Assembly: GCA_965153355.1 (NCBI GenBank)
Contig: OZ231126.1
Location: 16,616,001 to 16,680,000, forward strand
Source of the DNA: Flaccisagitta enflata
Taxonomy: Eukaryota
Direction of reading: 5' to 3'
Length of the DNA stretch: 64,000 nt
In this document: positions 1 through 15,623 of the stretch, piece after piece
Layout of the letters: every line of letters starts with the position of its first letter
How positions within the stretch are numbered: position 1 is the stretch's first letter
The notes under the pieces: model-generated
The model's database searches: none
What the model was told of the DNA's origin: nothing
Seen by the model: only the letters and a program-made list of their open reading frames with translations
Translations under genes and position numbers: made by a program

Positions 1-14
1 TTCATATTTCTGCT

Positions 15-490
15 CACCGTGGGCAAAAAAAAAACCGTTAATGGCGTTTTTTTGTACCTTTGACCATTTTGATTTCAATAGAATCACAAAAATTAAAAGA
101 TATTTAAAAGTTCATCAAATCTAGACTAGGCAGAAAGTTGCTGATCAACTCGTTAAAAACTGGCAACAGTAGTATCACCAGAAGTATCACCATAATCTGT
201 TTGTTGAAGGGATTTTGTACTTTCAATTTTGTCTTTATAGTAAATGAAAACATGATTTATAACCTACAAAATAGCGCCAAGCAGCTCTTTTTAAACAATG
301 ATATTTAGTCCATGAATACACATAAAAATATAATATCTTGCAGACTTCAGTCAAAATTTTGTCCATTGACTTAAATCAGATTTTTTAAACTTAAAGTAAT
401 TCAAATGGTCACAGATTTTATATATTTTCTAAAAAGGCTTTGCCAATTCATAGTAGAAATAGGCTATATACGGTTTTTCTTGCCCATGGT
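15..490. mobile_element. Degenerate MITE with CACCGTGGGCAA-type terminal inverted repeats
   Basis: Left CACCGTGGGCAAAAAAAAAAACCGTTA vs right TACGGTTTTTCTTGCCCATGGT (imperfect inverted repeat); no TSD seen. Confidence 0.45.
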
Positions 491-717
491 TACTTTTTCA
501 ACTGGGTTTTACCAACTGCATCACACTGCATTACGTAAGGCTTAATCAACAATGAAGAAACCCATTATACAATTGACATTCGACCATCATTTTCATTCAA
601 ATATCAACAACGCTCACACAATCAATACAGAGCTTTGTTAGAGCACCCTCCATAAAGTAAGCAAAGGTTAATATAATCAATTGTGGGTTCTATAGAGTGC
701 ACAAGAGAAAAACTTAC

Positions 718-1989
718 AATTTGTCGTGCCGTAGTATCGAAGGGCAAACCGCGCATGCGTACGATGACCTGATTTCCGTCACCGCGGTCCAAAAACGCCT
801 TCGTCTCCTCGTCCGTCCCTGTTGTCAGTTTCGACGAGGATGACAACGAGGACGACAACGAGGACGACGACGAGGACGAGGGAGATGATATGGATGGCGC
901 CAGAGAAGGAGGTGCGATCGCGGAAGGCGTCGACATTTTGATCAGAATTAAAGAGGGAAACGTCGCGGAAGATGGCGTTATTGTTGCCGCCGTTATTTTT
1001 TTCAAAGGGTTGGGGGAGGATAAAAATGAAGAGTTGGAAGAAGATCAAATAGGACAGGGTAAATAAAAGTATCAACGAAAGTTCGAGAAAGGGGGAGGAA
1101 GAAAGGAAAGTTGGAGGTTAAAAAAAAAAACCTGAAAAACTACTCAACTCCCGAGAGGCCGCACGAGATACGACACACAGCGCCTCTTTAACAGATGATC
1201 GTGATGAAGGTCCATTCAATTTACGTTTGCAAGTGAACGCGAATGACGATCGTGAGACCGACGAGCAAACTTTTTGGCAAACTTTCGGCAGTCGATTTTG
1301 AAAAAAAATAAAGACGAGGGAAATTTGTCAAGTTCCGTGTAAAATTTCTAGAATCGAGAAAGAGTTTGCCTGAAGCGTTGCTCGTCCTTGAAGAGTCCCC
1401 CTAAAATTTAACGTCTCAATTATCCACTCTCGCTCTTTCTCTCTCCTTTTCGTTCAAAAGGATTCAGTTTCAGAATTTCACCGACGGCGACTGTCAACCT
1501 CGTTGGTCTCTAGTCGACCTCTTCCCAGTTTCGTCGCCAATTAAACTCACGTGAACTTTCGCTATCTCTCCGTTTCTGTCTCCTTCTCTGTCTCTTTCTC
1601 TCTCTTTCTCTCGCTCGCTCTCTCACTCGCGCTCGTAACTTGGTTATTCAGCCTTCCTATTTGTAGAAAAGAGGAAGAAACTAAAAACAACATTGTTAAA
1701 TAGGTTATGGAAACAAGAGAACCTTATAAAAGAAACACAACAAAAACGAAGATATTTTACGCGGACGAGGTAATCCAGTTATTACGAGGTGACACGGGTT
1801 GTCGGCTGTTGTCAGATGAAGAAAATGAGGAGCAATTGGCAATCCATCCAATATAAAGGAAAGCCACTTAACGTTTCTCTTTTGTATTTGATAACGAAAC
1901 CTCGTAAATAACGTTATATCATACAAGGATTGAGGTCAATCGATGTTGATTTCACGTTCTTTTGCTCTCATAGCTTAAATGCATAAAAG

Positions 1990-2076
<87 letters not shown>

Positions 2077-2506
2077 CAGAGATACATTCTGTTTCAGAGA
2101 TATAGATACATCGTTTTACAGCTGAATGATGCTGCGTCTAATCATATAAAGAGATGGTTATTTACTATAAAGTCTTTTCTTTTCTCTTGCTGATGTTATT
2201 TTGCTTTCATGTTTTGATTAACGTGCGTTTATGTTTTATAAGGCTTTGTGCGTCCATTCTACATTAAAGAGAGGCATTGGTTTTGTATTTTTCAAAAGGA
2301 CATGACAACTTGTTTTGCACTTAACAGCCTTTTCAAAAGAGAAAAATATATATTTGGAAAAAAATATATATATCTAAAGAAGAGCGTGAAAGAGGCGTTA
2401 CTTGCAAGAAGCAAACGACCGGAAATCTGCTAGGTTGTGGCCATCCGACTGAAAAAAGCCAAGGCGACAGCGTGACTGAGTGAGCAACTGACACCCCCTA
2501 TTCTCT

Positions 2507-2567
<61 letters not shown>

Positions 2568-2997
2568 CAGAGATACATTCTGTTTCAGAGATATAGATAC
2601 ATCGTTTTACAGCTGAATGATGCTGCGTCTAATCATATAAAGAGATGGTTATTTACTATAAAGTCTTTTCTTTTCTCTTGCTGATGTTATTTTGCTTTCA
2701 TGTTTTGATTAACGTGCGTTTATGTTTTATAAGGCTTTGTGCGTCCATTCTACATTAAAGAGAGGCATTGGTTTTGTATTTTTCAAAAGGACATGACAAC
2801 TTGTTTTGCACTTAACAGCCTTTTCAAAAGAGAAAAATATATATTTGGAAAAAAATATATATATCTAAAGAAGAGCGTGAAAGAGGCGTTACTTGCAAGA
2901 AGCAAACGACCGGAAATCTGCTAGGTTGTGGCCATCCGACTGAAAAAAGCCAAGGCGACAGCGTGACTGAGTGAGCAACTGACACCCCCTATTCTCT

Positions 2998-3075
<78 letters not shown>

Positions 3076-3344
3076 TCTCTCCTTTTGGCTTTCTACAAGC
3101 TTAATCGACAGAATCGACCTCCGAAAATGAGTCTTAATCAAATTAGTGAAATACTGAGAGAGAGAGAGGGAGAGCAAGCAAAGGAGGAAAGAGTTTTGAA
3201 CTTCTTATAATGTCATTATATCAATCGTCGATCATTTGAGTGACGGACGCGTTTACTTCGTTGAATGAGGTTATAGGGGTAGTTAAAAAATGAGGATGGA
3301 TTTATGCGCATTCTGTATGAAGGGACAGGGAACAAACAAGAAAG

Positions 3345-3383
<39 letters not shown>

Positions 3384-5858
3384 AGAGAGAGTTAGAGAGA
3401 GTTAGAGAGAGTGAGAGAGAGTGAGAGAGAGACAGACAGACAGACAGAGATAAGACAGAGATAAAGAACGTCTCATCTTTGCCCTTTTGTTCACTTTTTC
3501 CATCGGCCAGTTCAATAAATATATCAAATTGCTTGTAGCGCTCTCATGGCGGCGCCTGATGTTCTTTTCCTCTCTCGAAATAAACAACGTATACGACAAT
3601 AACTAGTAAAGGAAATGCTGCAACGATCTAAACCACAACAAAGATAATGGTCCAACTTCAACTAGGCCAACAAGGAAGACAACGACAACAACGGTCGCAA
3701 AGAGAACATCGACAGAGACAAAGATACTGCTTATTATAAGGTAGAGAACGTTCGACCATGACATAAGCAGTTACATTTGCTCGTTCTTCGATATCCAATA
3801 ATCAATTATGGCTTGGTATCGGAGGATAGTATCTGAGTTGCACGCGTCAGCTCATATCGCTGTTTGGCTTCTTGATTCCGATGCAATTACAAAAGACGAT
3901 ATCTCTTATGCTATTGAAGTAAAAGACTCAATCAACGTTTGTTCAAGCGTGCGCTGATGAGATGAGAAATGTTCATCGTGGGCGTCCATGACCGTTAAAT
4001 ATACAGTGCGATCGGAGCGACTCTACAACCCGCTTTGTCCGTCGGTCGGTTGGTCGGTCGGTCGGTTGGTCGGTCGGTCGGTCACACTTTACTTTTTTTA
4101 TCAATTCTATTTCTTTAGGTCATTTTTAGTCATTCTAAGTCATTCTAAGTCATTCTAAGTCATTCTAAGTCATTTTAAGTCATCTTAAGTCATTCTAAGT
4201 CATTATTGTCATTTTAGTCAATATAGTCCTTTTCATCATTTTAAGTTATTTTAAGTCATTTCAAGTTATTCTAAGTAATTTCAAGTGATTTTAAGGCATT
4301 ATAAGTCTTTCCAAGTCATTTTTAGTCATTATTGTCATTTTAGTCAATATAATCCTTTCCATCATTTTAAGTCATTTTAAGTCATTTTATGTCATTTTAA
4401 GTCATTACAAGTCATTATAAGTCATTATACATCATTTTAAGTCATTTTAAGTCATTTTAGATCATTTTTAGTCATTCTAAGTCATTCTCAGTCATTTTAG
4501 TCAATATAGTCATTTCACTTTTTATTTACATAATTATAGGTATTTGTAGGTCATTATAGGCCATTATGCAATTATAGGTAATCATAGGTCATTATAGGTA
4601 ATCATAGGCCATTGTAGGTAATTATAGGTCATTATGTAATTATAGGTAATTATAGGTCATTATAGGTAATTATAGATTTTTATGCAATTACAGTGGGAAC
4701 CCGATTTAACGTCCTTGAAGGGACCAGGGTATTTTGGACGTTAAATCTGAGTGTTGTTAAATCGAATTCTATTATTTCTATTATTTTTTCTTTTTACTAA
4801 ATATATTCTGGGCCTACGCTTTTCACAAACAAATAAGAAAAAAAAAGGAAAAAAAATGATTTAGGGGGATTGTAAAATCAAACAATGCAATGGATGATAG
4901 GTAACAATGCAATTTTAGCAATTGTATTACTGTAGCTATATCAAACATTATCACATAGATAATGGCAATTCAATATAACAGTCCAAATTTTGGAGAGACA
5001 GTTTTGGCAATGACAGAAGTCACACTGTATCCTAATAGGCATGTGGAAAAATTGCATGGAATGGATTTAAGAAAAAAAACATTCAGTGATTCGTATGAAA
5101 AAAATTTGTAATGATAGATTGATGGTGCAAACATGATTGCTTCAGTAACAAGGCTGGATACACGGCCACCAGTTGCGGACGGGTGGGCAGGGGCGGAAAT
5201 GCGCGTTTTCCCACCCTTTCGACTCGATCATTACGGACCAACGGATGGACGGACGGACGGACGGACGGACCGACAGATGGACCGACGGATGGACCAACGG
5301 ACGGACCAACTGACGAACGGACAAAGCCTCGTGTCCTCGTGTCCAAAACTAAAAATGGACGAGAGATGTAGAAAGTCATCTTGACGCGCAGAGGTTGAAA
5401 TCGAGGGTGCATCAGGTTCAGATGATTCATCATCTGACTCGTGAAAAAAGTCGTGATTCTGTTCCTCATTCTCTGCATTCAACTCATTTCGCAATGACAA
5501 AACGTTTCTGTTTGTCCAGCAGCGAGGTTACCATCAACGTTTAGATAATTGTTTGTGAAAAAAATGGCAAGAGGAATGTCAGCATCAGGGTCCTCGGTTT
5601 CAGAGTCCGGGCGAGGCGCCACGATTGGATCTGATGCTGCCAAGTCTCCCCAACACTTTCGAAAGCATTTGGTGATTGTGTCTGGAAGGACTTGGTTCCA
5701 TGCGGCGGCGGGATTTTGAGACCACTAGCTGGTGTAGATGAAATTTTCGGCATTCTTGTTCTTGAAAAAGTCGCGTATATTAGTGATGAAACAGGTTAAA
5801 ACGATAAAATTTTTTTTTTCTTCTATCGTAAACAATTGTGTTGGCTCTCTCTCTCATT

Positions 5859-5900
<42 letters not shown>

Positions 5901-6700
5901 GTTCCCATATCGGAGCCCTCACCGCCGAAATCTTATGGTCGAGGATCTCGCGGGTCAGAGGGTCGATAAATCGGAAGAAAGTGGTTTTGGGACCAAAATT
6001 TATGGACGGTCAATAGGGTTTGGACTTCGAAACAGGTGACAATGAATCGGAAGAAATTAGCACTACAGAAAATTCGGGACCAGACTATTCATGACGAAGA
6101 ATCCGAAATGACGTTGAATAGGGTGACGAAAAGGCAGTAGCCCACTGTATAGATCATTATTGGTAATTATAGGTCATTATGTTATCATAGGTATTCATAG
6201 GTAAGTATAGGTAATTATAGGTAATTATAGGTAATCATAGGTAATTACAGGTAATTACAGGTCATGTAATTATAGGTAATTATAGGTAATTATAGGTAAT
6301 AAGGGGTAATCATAGGTCATTATAGGTCATTATGCAATTATAGGTCATTATTGGTAATTATTGGTCATTTTGTAATTATAGATAATTATAGGTGATAAAA
6401 GGTAATTATAGATCATTATAGGTAATTCTAAGTCATTATGTTTCTCCATGTACCTCCTCATAAGAAAAAATGGCCTAGTCACGTTAAGAAAGCGGGCGTG
6501 AGCGAGTTCACGTGATGGAGTTTAATGGACACTAGAACGATCGCGTTCTCATTTATTAGACTCTATCATGATTTGTCTTATGCAACTCTATCTGTTCTAC
6601 AAAGGCTAACGCTATCACCCTCATGAGAAGTTATAATTTTCGCGTTTCGTAAACAAAAAGGCAAGCAAAAAGGTTTTTGGGATAAAGTTTTGATGAAAAA

Positions 6701-6762
<62 letters not shown>

Positions 6763-7898
6763 AGTGGAAACAGGCCCTCACGAATGGGGGAGAACAGAAT
6801 GATGAAATAGATTCTCGTTGGTAATCTTTTAGCAATCAAAAAAGCAAAATGAAAAAAAGAAAAAGATAAACAAGGCCATGTTTAGGTTGATAGATATGTC
6901 ATGGGAATAAGAAATAATGAATGAATAGATGTATCAATGAATGGATGAATGAATGGTTGAATTAATGGACAAATTGATGATCAATGAATGAACGAATAAA
7001 GGAATGACAGCGTCAATTTTTTTGCCGCCATTTTTTTGAAACTTTGGCATAGTCTTTGATGTTGCATTACCACGGTAGATTCCAATATCAACCGACAAAG
7101 AATAGCAGAAGAAGAAGAAGAAGAAGAAGAAGAAGAAGAAGAAGAAGAAGAAGAAGAAGAAGAAGAAGAAGAAGACGACGACAATGAAAAAGTTGTCTGC
7201 GTGTCTGCAACTAAAAAAAGAAGATGAATTCAACATGAAAGGACCATAATTTCACATCCATTATAAGCGGATTTCCGTTATTCTTGAATTTGATACAGCA
7301 TGATGTATATGTATGTTGTTTCTAGTCGCGTTCTACTTCCCCCTTTGTCCATCCATCGGCTGGTCAGACCCATGCTTTTACCCATATGGGGAATTTTTCC
7401 ATGTTGGTCATGACTTGCCCTTCTTTTTTAGTCGCATGCTACGCTACTCTACACCCTGCTTTGTTGGTCGGTCCGTTGGTCCGTCCGTCACTCTCGAGTT
7501 GAAAAGTGGGAAAACACGGATTTCCGCCCCTGCCCACCCGTCCGCAACTGGTGGCCGTGTATCCGGCCTTGTTCCAGTTTTCCTTCTCTTTTTCTTCCCT
7601 GCTTTATTTTGTTTGTTTCTTTTTAGTCGCATAGACACATAACTCTACACCTTTCAGTGTCGGTCGATAGGTCGGTCCGTCTGTGTGAAATGATTTTTTT
7701 CAAATCTGGTAAATTCTACATTACTGTACCTGTCCAGCCGGCTTTGACTGAATTACCGATATCTGACTTTTTTTTCTTTTCTCTTTCTTTCTCTATTTTA
7801 TTTTTACTAGATGTCTCGTTTATCTTTTTTTTTTCCTTCTTTTTTTCCTTTTTTCTTTTCTTTTTTTCTTTCTTTATTTCTTTCATTTTTCCATTAAT

Positions 7899-7953
<55 letters not shown>

Positions 7954-9865
7954 CTCTTTCTTTCTTTCTTGCCTTTTTTTTAAGTTGATGAATAAGAAAA
8001 AGAAATCTTTTGAACATTTTTCTGTTAAAGTGATTGTAAATATTTTCAATTTTTCTTTCATTCTAGACCAATCCCCGATCTGTATCTCAAACGGTTTAGG
8101 AGCTAAAGCTTGTCAAAGTTAAATTCTAATTTATAAAAATGCTGATTTTTCATTGGGATTGCAAACTGATAATGGCAATGTTTCTACTCATTATACACCA
8201 TTTCTAAACGAATAAAGCTAAAAGCTAATTGCCAGATTGGAGCCAAATGAAAGATTTTTTCAAGAGGTTTCTAATGGTCTAAGATTATAAGCTATTTTGA
8301 AATTCAATATGACGGCTGTTTTATTGAGTGGAGTAGTACATAAACATTGATCATAGAGTTAGAGAGATTTTGAGAGAGTCAGATAGAGATCGACCATCAT
8401 TTATTATTTCAGTAAATGCAGATAGAGGGAAAACAGGTGACGCCGGGTCACAAATTGTTACTGACGTGCGTGGGTGAGCAGGGCATACAACCCCCATTTA
8501 TACCTCCCCCACCCCATCCCCACCCCAACACAAACAATCATGCCTACAGCATCATAAATTCAAAACGCGATCACATGCAAAGACAGAAGACACTATCGCG
8601 GGACACTAAGGCAGAAAAGAGAAAAAAAGCTTGTCCTTAGCACCTGATGGTGCTTCTTTTTGGAAGGGTTATGGTAAAAAAAACGCGACCACGCCCGCGT
8701 TTTGCCCACTTATCACGGTGTGGTTTTGGCTGACGACATATCTCTGTTATTATAGGTAATTGTAGGTCATTATAGATAGTTATAGGTAATAATAAGTCAT
8801 TATGAAATTAAAGGTAATTATTGGTAATCAAAGGTCATTAAAGGTAATTATCGGTCATCTTTCAATTATAGGTAATTATAGCTAATTATAGCTAATCATA
8901 GGTAATTAAAGGTAAATATAGGTCATTATGCAATTATAGGTAATTATAGGTAATCATAGATCATTATAGGTCATTATGTTAGTAAAGGTAGTTATGGGTA
9001 ATTATGGGTAATCATAGGTCATTATAGGTAATTATTGGTCCATATGTAATTATAGGTAATCAAAGGTCTTTATAGGTACTTATAGGTCATTATTTAATTA
9101 TGAGTAATTATAGGTAATTATAGGTAATTATAGGTAATCATAGGGAATCATAAGTCATTATAGTTAATTATAGGTCATTATGTTATTATAGGTAATTGTA
9201 GGTAATTATGGGTAATCATACATCATTATAGGTAATCATTGGTCCATATGTAATTATAGGTAATCATAGGTCTTTACAGGTACTTATAGGTCATTATTTG
9301 ATAATGGGTAATTATAGGTAATTATAGGTCATTATAGGCAATCATAGGTCAATAGGTAATTATAGTCATTATTGTCATAGGTCAATAGGTAATTATAGTC
9401 ATGGAAATAACGCACTTAAATAATTAGGCGATTATGTAAGTAAGTCTCGCACGCGACTTATAGGTGTTGGCCTTATTTTTTAAAAATTGGGATCTATGCT
9501 AATTAATAAGTGCTATATTGCTTGAATAAATATTCTTCTCTCATTTTTCAACTTATGACTTGACTTCATTTTCACAGTTTTAACCTAGTTAATCGGATCC
9601 AGTAGAAAATTTTATTTACTTCTGAAAAAAAGATCAGCTCAATCAGACTATTTTTATAGGTTCTATGCCTGTTCTAAGCAGCGATGGCAACGCGATGCAT
9701 TTTAGACCAATTACAAGTCCGTGTACGTTACTGCATGAGCGAGTACGATTACGCTTACGATTCCACTTATCATTGACTGCGTACGATTACGATTACGAGT
9801 ACACAACGAGTACAACTTAATTTACAAGCTCCCTTGCATGGCAAAGCCGATTTTGGTCAAATTGA

Positions 9866-9937
<72 letters not shown>

Positions 9938-10805
9938 ATGAAAAAATTGAAGAATGAGAGAATGAAAGAATGAAAGAATGAAAGAATTAAGATTGAAGGT
10001 ATGAAGTAATGAGTAAAGATTTAAAAAAAGGAAAAAAGAAAGAAAAAGAGATAGAAAGAAAGAAAGAAAAAAAGAAAAAAAGAAAAAAAGAAAGAGAAAA
10101 AAAAGAAAGAAAGAGAAAAAGAAAGAAAGAAAGAAAGAAAGAAAGAATTGGATATTTTGCGCGGTTTTTAGTTGCGCCATAGCACCTCTTTAAGAGGCTC
10201 TGTCTGTCGGTTGGTCAGTTAGCCGTCATGCTCGAGTTGAAAATCTCTAAAAGAAGCAAAATTCACTGGAAATGATTCAGAAATATGCTAGGATGATTTT
10301 TAGATGCGCCATAGCATCTCTATAAGAGGCTCCGTCCGTTCGTCCATCTGTTGGTCATGCTCGAATGTAAAATTGCTGAAAATGTTTGAAATCAATTGAA
10401 AACTCATTTCGTTCATCATTGATGATACTCGTCATTTCATTCATTAAAGTATTCAGCTATGGTCAGGTCTGATAGAGCTGGGGATGGGTCATATAGGTCT
10501 GGTGATAGGTCGGACAGGTCTGGGGATAGGTCTGATAGAGCTGGTGATAGGTCTGACAGAACTTGGATAGGCCTGATAGAGCTCGGGATAGGTCTGATAG
10601 AGCTAGAGATAGGTCTAATAGAGCTAGGGATAGGTCTGAGGGTGCTAGGGATAGGTCTAAGAAATAATAATGTCCGGCGCACTGTCTTGGCCCGTGTATC
10701 CGGCCTTGTTAACCTTTGCATCACCAAGCAAGCAGACAACTGATCAACCTAGTGATGAGCGTGGATGCTCATGTCGCTCATGAGTTGCTTCAAAGGGGAA
10801 GGGTC

Positions 10806-10876
<71 letters not shown>

Positions 10877-11523
10877 GGCGTACGCGCGTACTCATTGGAA
10901 TGATGAACGCTTACGCTTACGCTTACGAGTCCACAGAAATTGAGGGAACGCTTACAATTACACTTACGAGTACAGCCAAAAAAGGCGAGTACTACGCGTC
11001 CGCGTCCGCGTACGATTACGCCATCACTGGTTCTAAGCTTTCCCCAAATACTAATTTACATATTTGTTCTGTTTGAAAAAACAGCGGGAAAACCTGTAAA
11101 AATAGTCTGACTGAGCTGATTTTTTTTTTAAAACCATATAAGATTTTTAGCCCAATCTGATGGGCTAGGTTAGAATATTGAAAAATAATGTCCTGATGAT
11201 GTCAAGTCACAAATTGAAGAATGAGAAAAACTAATATATTCAAGCAATAAAACAACCTTTAATTAGTATAGATCTTCATTTTTCATAAAGGTGTAAATCA
11301 AAGAAAATTAAGATATCTAAAATCTATCCTCCAGTCTAGGTCGTCTTTGCTCTCGTTGTAATGTATATACGATGAATTGCAGCGCCATATGGGACTCAAT
11401 GGTTTTGGGGGTGCCACCTCCAATTTGTATCACAACAACTTCTTTGTGTCCCAATTTATTTAACAAGTGATTTGTGTTTCTCTGTATGTATAGACAATGA
11501 TTTTTAGCTCATATCAATAAAAA

Positions 11524-11587
<64 letters not shown>

Positions 11588-13282
11588 CTCTCTCTCTTAG
11601 GGGGTGTGTGTCCCAACAAGGGGCCGCCATGGCGGCCCCGGCGGCCCCTTGCCATACGTCCCTGATGAATTGCTGCACTCGTCACATGTTAGGACTTTGA
11701 TTCCTGCCTTTTTAGACGAGCGATCGTGACTCAAGTGGTCTGTAGGTCGGTTGGTCCGTAGGTAGTGGCAGGTAAATAAAAATGACTATGTAAAACATAA
11801 TGTATAGATAAGAATAGGTAATTACAGGTTATTATTTTTCTCTCTGAGAGGTCATACGGATGATCTTCGATTTCCAATGGGCGTCATGAAAAATAAACAC
11901 CTCCATCCATCGCTTGCCAAACTGAGTTGACTACAAATTGGCCGTTTATTCGGCCTTGTTTCTTAATTGCTGTAAAATACGGAAGTGGATTTTTGAAAGA
12001 AAAGAGAAAATGGCGATGGCCCCTTGAATCATACTTTACTACCTAGGAAGTAATTTTTGCACCAAAAAAAGAAGCAGTTCATTTTATGATTTGATGTGTA
12101 CAAAGATATTTTCAAGCTATACAAAATACACGGTTAGACTTTCCTTTTGAGCAATTAGCACTTACATTCTTCAAGGCAATTGATCGTTACAAGGTTTTAA
12201 AGTGACACTTACCCAATTTCTCCCCTCCCCCATTAAAAGGTGCGGAAATAGGGAAAGATTAAACGAAAGAAACAAAAAAGAAAGTAATACTTATAAACAG
12301 AAGATTTTAAACTTTTGGTAGTTATAAAAGATAGTATTTGATCACTACAGCACTATTTCAACTAAATTATTCTACCATATCTACTCTCTGTGGGGTGGAA
12401 AATCAAGTGATTATCCAATTGGCCAAAAAAAAAAAATCAAAGACCAGGGGGTGAAAAAACCAAAAGCTATTTAACTTTATGCAGTGTATATTTTGCACCC
12501 CTTAAAATTTCACAACTTTTAAACAGGGGTGTATATAGTTGAGCAGCTTTTGATTTTATTCCCCCCCCCCTGCCTTTGATTTTCTTCCCCGCGACGCGTC
12601 GCGTCGTATTACAAAATGTTTGATTTTCTTCCCTCAAAGCTATAAACCAGTATATTTTAGGTTTAAATAGTGTTTAATTGTGTTGTAGTAATTGTATTTT
12701 ATGTTTTGGTACTGCCAAAAGTGTTAGATCTTCAAAAATTTTCTTTTTTCTTTTTTTCAAACTTTTGATTTTCTTCCCCATCTCCGAACCCTTTGATTTT
12801 ATTCCCCCCCACCGGGGGGGGGGAATACTCAACTTTATACACCCCTGCTTTTATAATACCGTGTTCCATTACATGCGTGAAGCGAAATTTTGGGTCACTC
12901 TCCTTCAAATTTAATAAGATTCCGCGAGACAGATTTTTAAATGGGCACAACTTACCGGGACCGGTGATATCCACAAACTCTTTGGCCGAAGCTTTGTAGA
13001 CCTCGATGTATCTTTGACCCATATGATGTTTGTGCCTCTTCACTGCCAAGTCCCTTTGTTGTGAGTTTTCCAATTTAACCAACGCTTCACCGTTTCTTCT
13101 ACCTTGCGAGCTCAAGCACAGGACGACGCCGCCCCTATAATGATCAAAACCAATTTAAAAAAAAGTTAATGTAAAACTACATGTATTTTTAAACGAAGGT
13201 CCTTAATTGAATGGACCGGTGTTTGGAAAACGCATGACCCCTAATTAACTCAATTAGCGATTGCTTAAGAAACGATAATGGA

Positions 13283-13347
<65 letters not shown>

Positions 13348-13677
13348 TAGACATACAGGCTGACTGATATTGTGAGAATGAGCGAGAGTGTCAAGCAGAG
13401 AAACAGAGACTGACAGTTCGACAGATTAACAATCAGACAGATGAACTGATGTACATAAAGGCAGGATAAACGGCTACCCTAGTCGCGTGCGGGTGGGCAG
13501 GGGCAGTGATGGAGAAGGTCACTGGGGCATTTGGGCAGGCGCAGTGAGCTCAAAACGCTCAAAACGCCGAAAAAGTAAAATGGGGACCGACCGACCAACC
13601 GACCGACCAACAGACCGACGGAAGGACGGGCAAAACGGGGTGTAGAGTCGACTAAAAATAGATAATCAGAAAGACAG

Positions 13678-13769
<92 letters not shown>

Positions 13770-15525
13770 GAGGATGGAGGCGCTAATTGAAGAATTATTC
13801 TTGAGTCGGTCCATTTATCAAGCTGTGTTTAGGACGTTGGCATTTTGGCCGACTAATTAAACTTTTATTGTTCAATTTTGTCACCAACTTTTATCATGAT
13901 GTTGAAAAATAAATTACGACATCGTGAATTCTTCCATTCCGTTTCATACAAGGTCAACAAATAGATTTAACATTGTCTATTAGACTTTTTACTGCTCTAG
14001 GAAAAGCGTATTTTCAAGGAGTGCCAGAGGGCAGGGAAGGGGCACAATATCTGTTAGGTGTTTTACCTCCATTTTCCTCTTTCATACTTCTTGTACTTCT
14101 TGTAGGATTGAAAAAAAAAAAAACATAAGATTTGTCTTATCTACAGGATGATAAAAAATTGAGTCCACTAGGGGCCCAAAAGGGTCTGATATGACGCTAA
14201 TTTACCAAACTTTAGTTTTTTTCCCCACCTCAGTCCAACCAAAATTATCCAACAGGTTCATTTTCACTATAATGGAACCTGTATCGTGATGTAGATAGAT
14301 GGCGATGAGAGCCCTTTGGCTTTGGCATTGGGTACCCAACCACTGGGAACCAGGGATCCCATATTGACCATTTATGTACTTTAAAAACTCCCTTCATTTA
14401 TGAAAATTAAGAAATTTAATGGATCTCATTTGATATATCCCTCAGAACAACCACAAAATGGGGAATACAGTTTTATCAAATGCGCAACTAACTAACAAAC
14501 CAACCGAGAGACAGACGCGACCTTAAATAGATATGAACAAATGAAAACTTTAAAAAGTCACATTAAAAACATTTGAGTGTCCTTTTTTAGTCGCGTGCAC
14601 GCGACTCTACACCTTGCTCTGTCGGTCGGTCCGTCCCTCCGTCCGTCCCTCCGTAACATTTTTAAAATTTTGATTGTTTTTTACGTTTTTTAACATTTTT
14701 TAACATTTTTTAACATTTTTTAACATTTTTTAACATTTTACCTTTTTTAACATTTTCAAGTTTTTTTTAACATTTTTTAGAATTTTTAACATTTTTCAAC
14801 TTTTTCAACTTTTTTTAACATTTTTTAACATATTTCAACATTCTTTAACAGTTTTTAACATATCTTAATATTCTTAACATTTAAACATGTTTTTGCTCTT
14901 TTGTTTTTCATTTCCAGACGCATGCGACTGTTGCCCTCTTGGGCTTGTTTTTCTTTTCTTCTTGTCGTGGCTTTCCCTAGCGCATAATGAAATGGCGCTG
15001 GCAATGTTCCGGATGCGTTTTTAGTCGCAGACACGCGACTCTACACCTTGCCGTGTCGGTCGTTAGGTCACATTTTTGAATTTCGAGCGGTTTCGGCATT
15101 ACAGCTTCAGCCCAACCGTCCGCGACTGGATTGCTGTGTTTCCGGCCTTGTTTTAGTTCATTTGAACCCGATTTGGTTTTCTGATATGATATTTTGATGT
15201 TCCATGACTTGGTCCGTCAATCCGTCCATCATTCTTGGCTTTTGACTTTTATTTGTTTTTCTTATTAGTAATGATATTATTAGTAATAATATTACCTTTC
15301 CACGTTGAGTCCACGAAAGAAGTTGGCGATATCTTGGTCCGTGCACTGCCAAGGTAATCCTCGAGCTCTCACAACGCAATTGTCATCCACCGGATCATCT
15401 TGGCTGAATCGATGTGAAGACGAACAATAGTAATTTTGAATACGTTTGGTTGCAACCTATATGTCTACATATTGTGTGTGCGTGTGCGTGTGTTCGTGTG
15501 CTCGTGTGCGTGTGCGTGTGTGTGT

Positions 15526-15623
<98 letters not shown>

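Noticed and set aside
819-1005. Ser-rich N-terminal part of ORF 622-1005 as fusilli coding sequence
   Set aside because: A CTGAC..CAG acceptor at 819 gives the correct phase and ESRP-like spacing; the upstream part is probably intronic.
6440-8745. Sola-like insertion with a TGTT 4-bp TSD
   Set aside because: An insertion is likely, but the two ends are not inverted repeats, so the superfamily cannot be supported.
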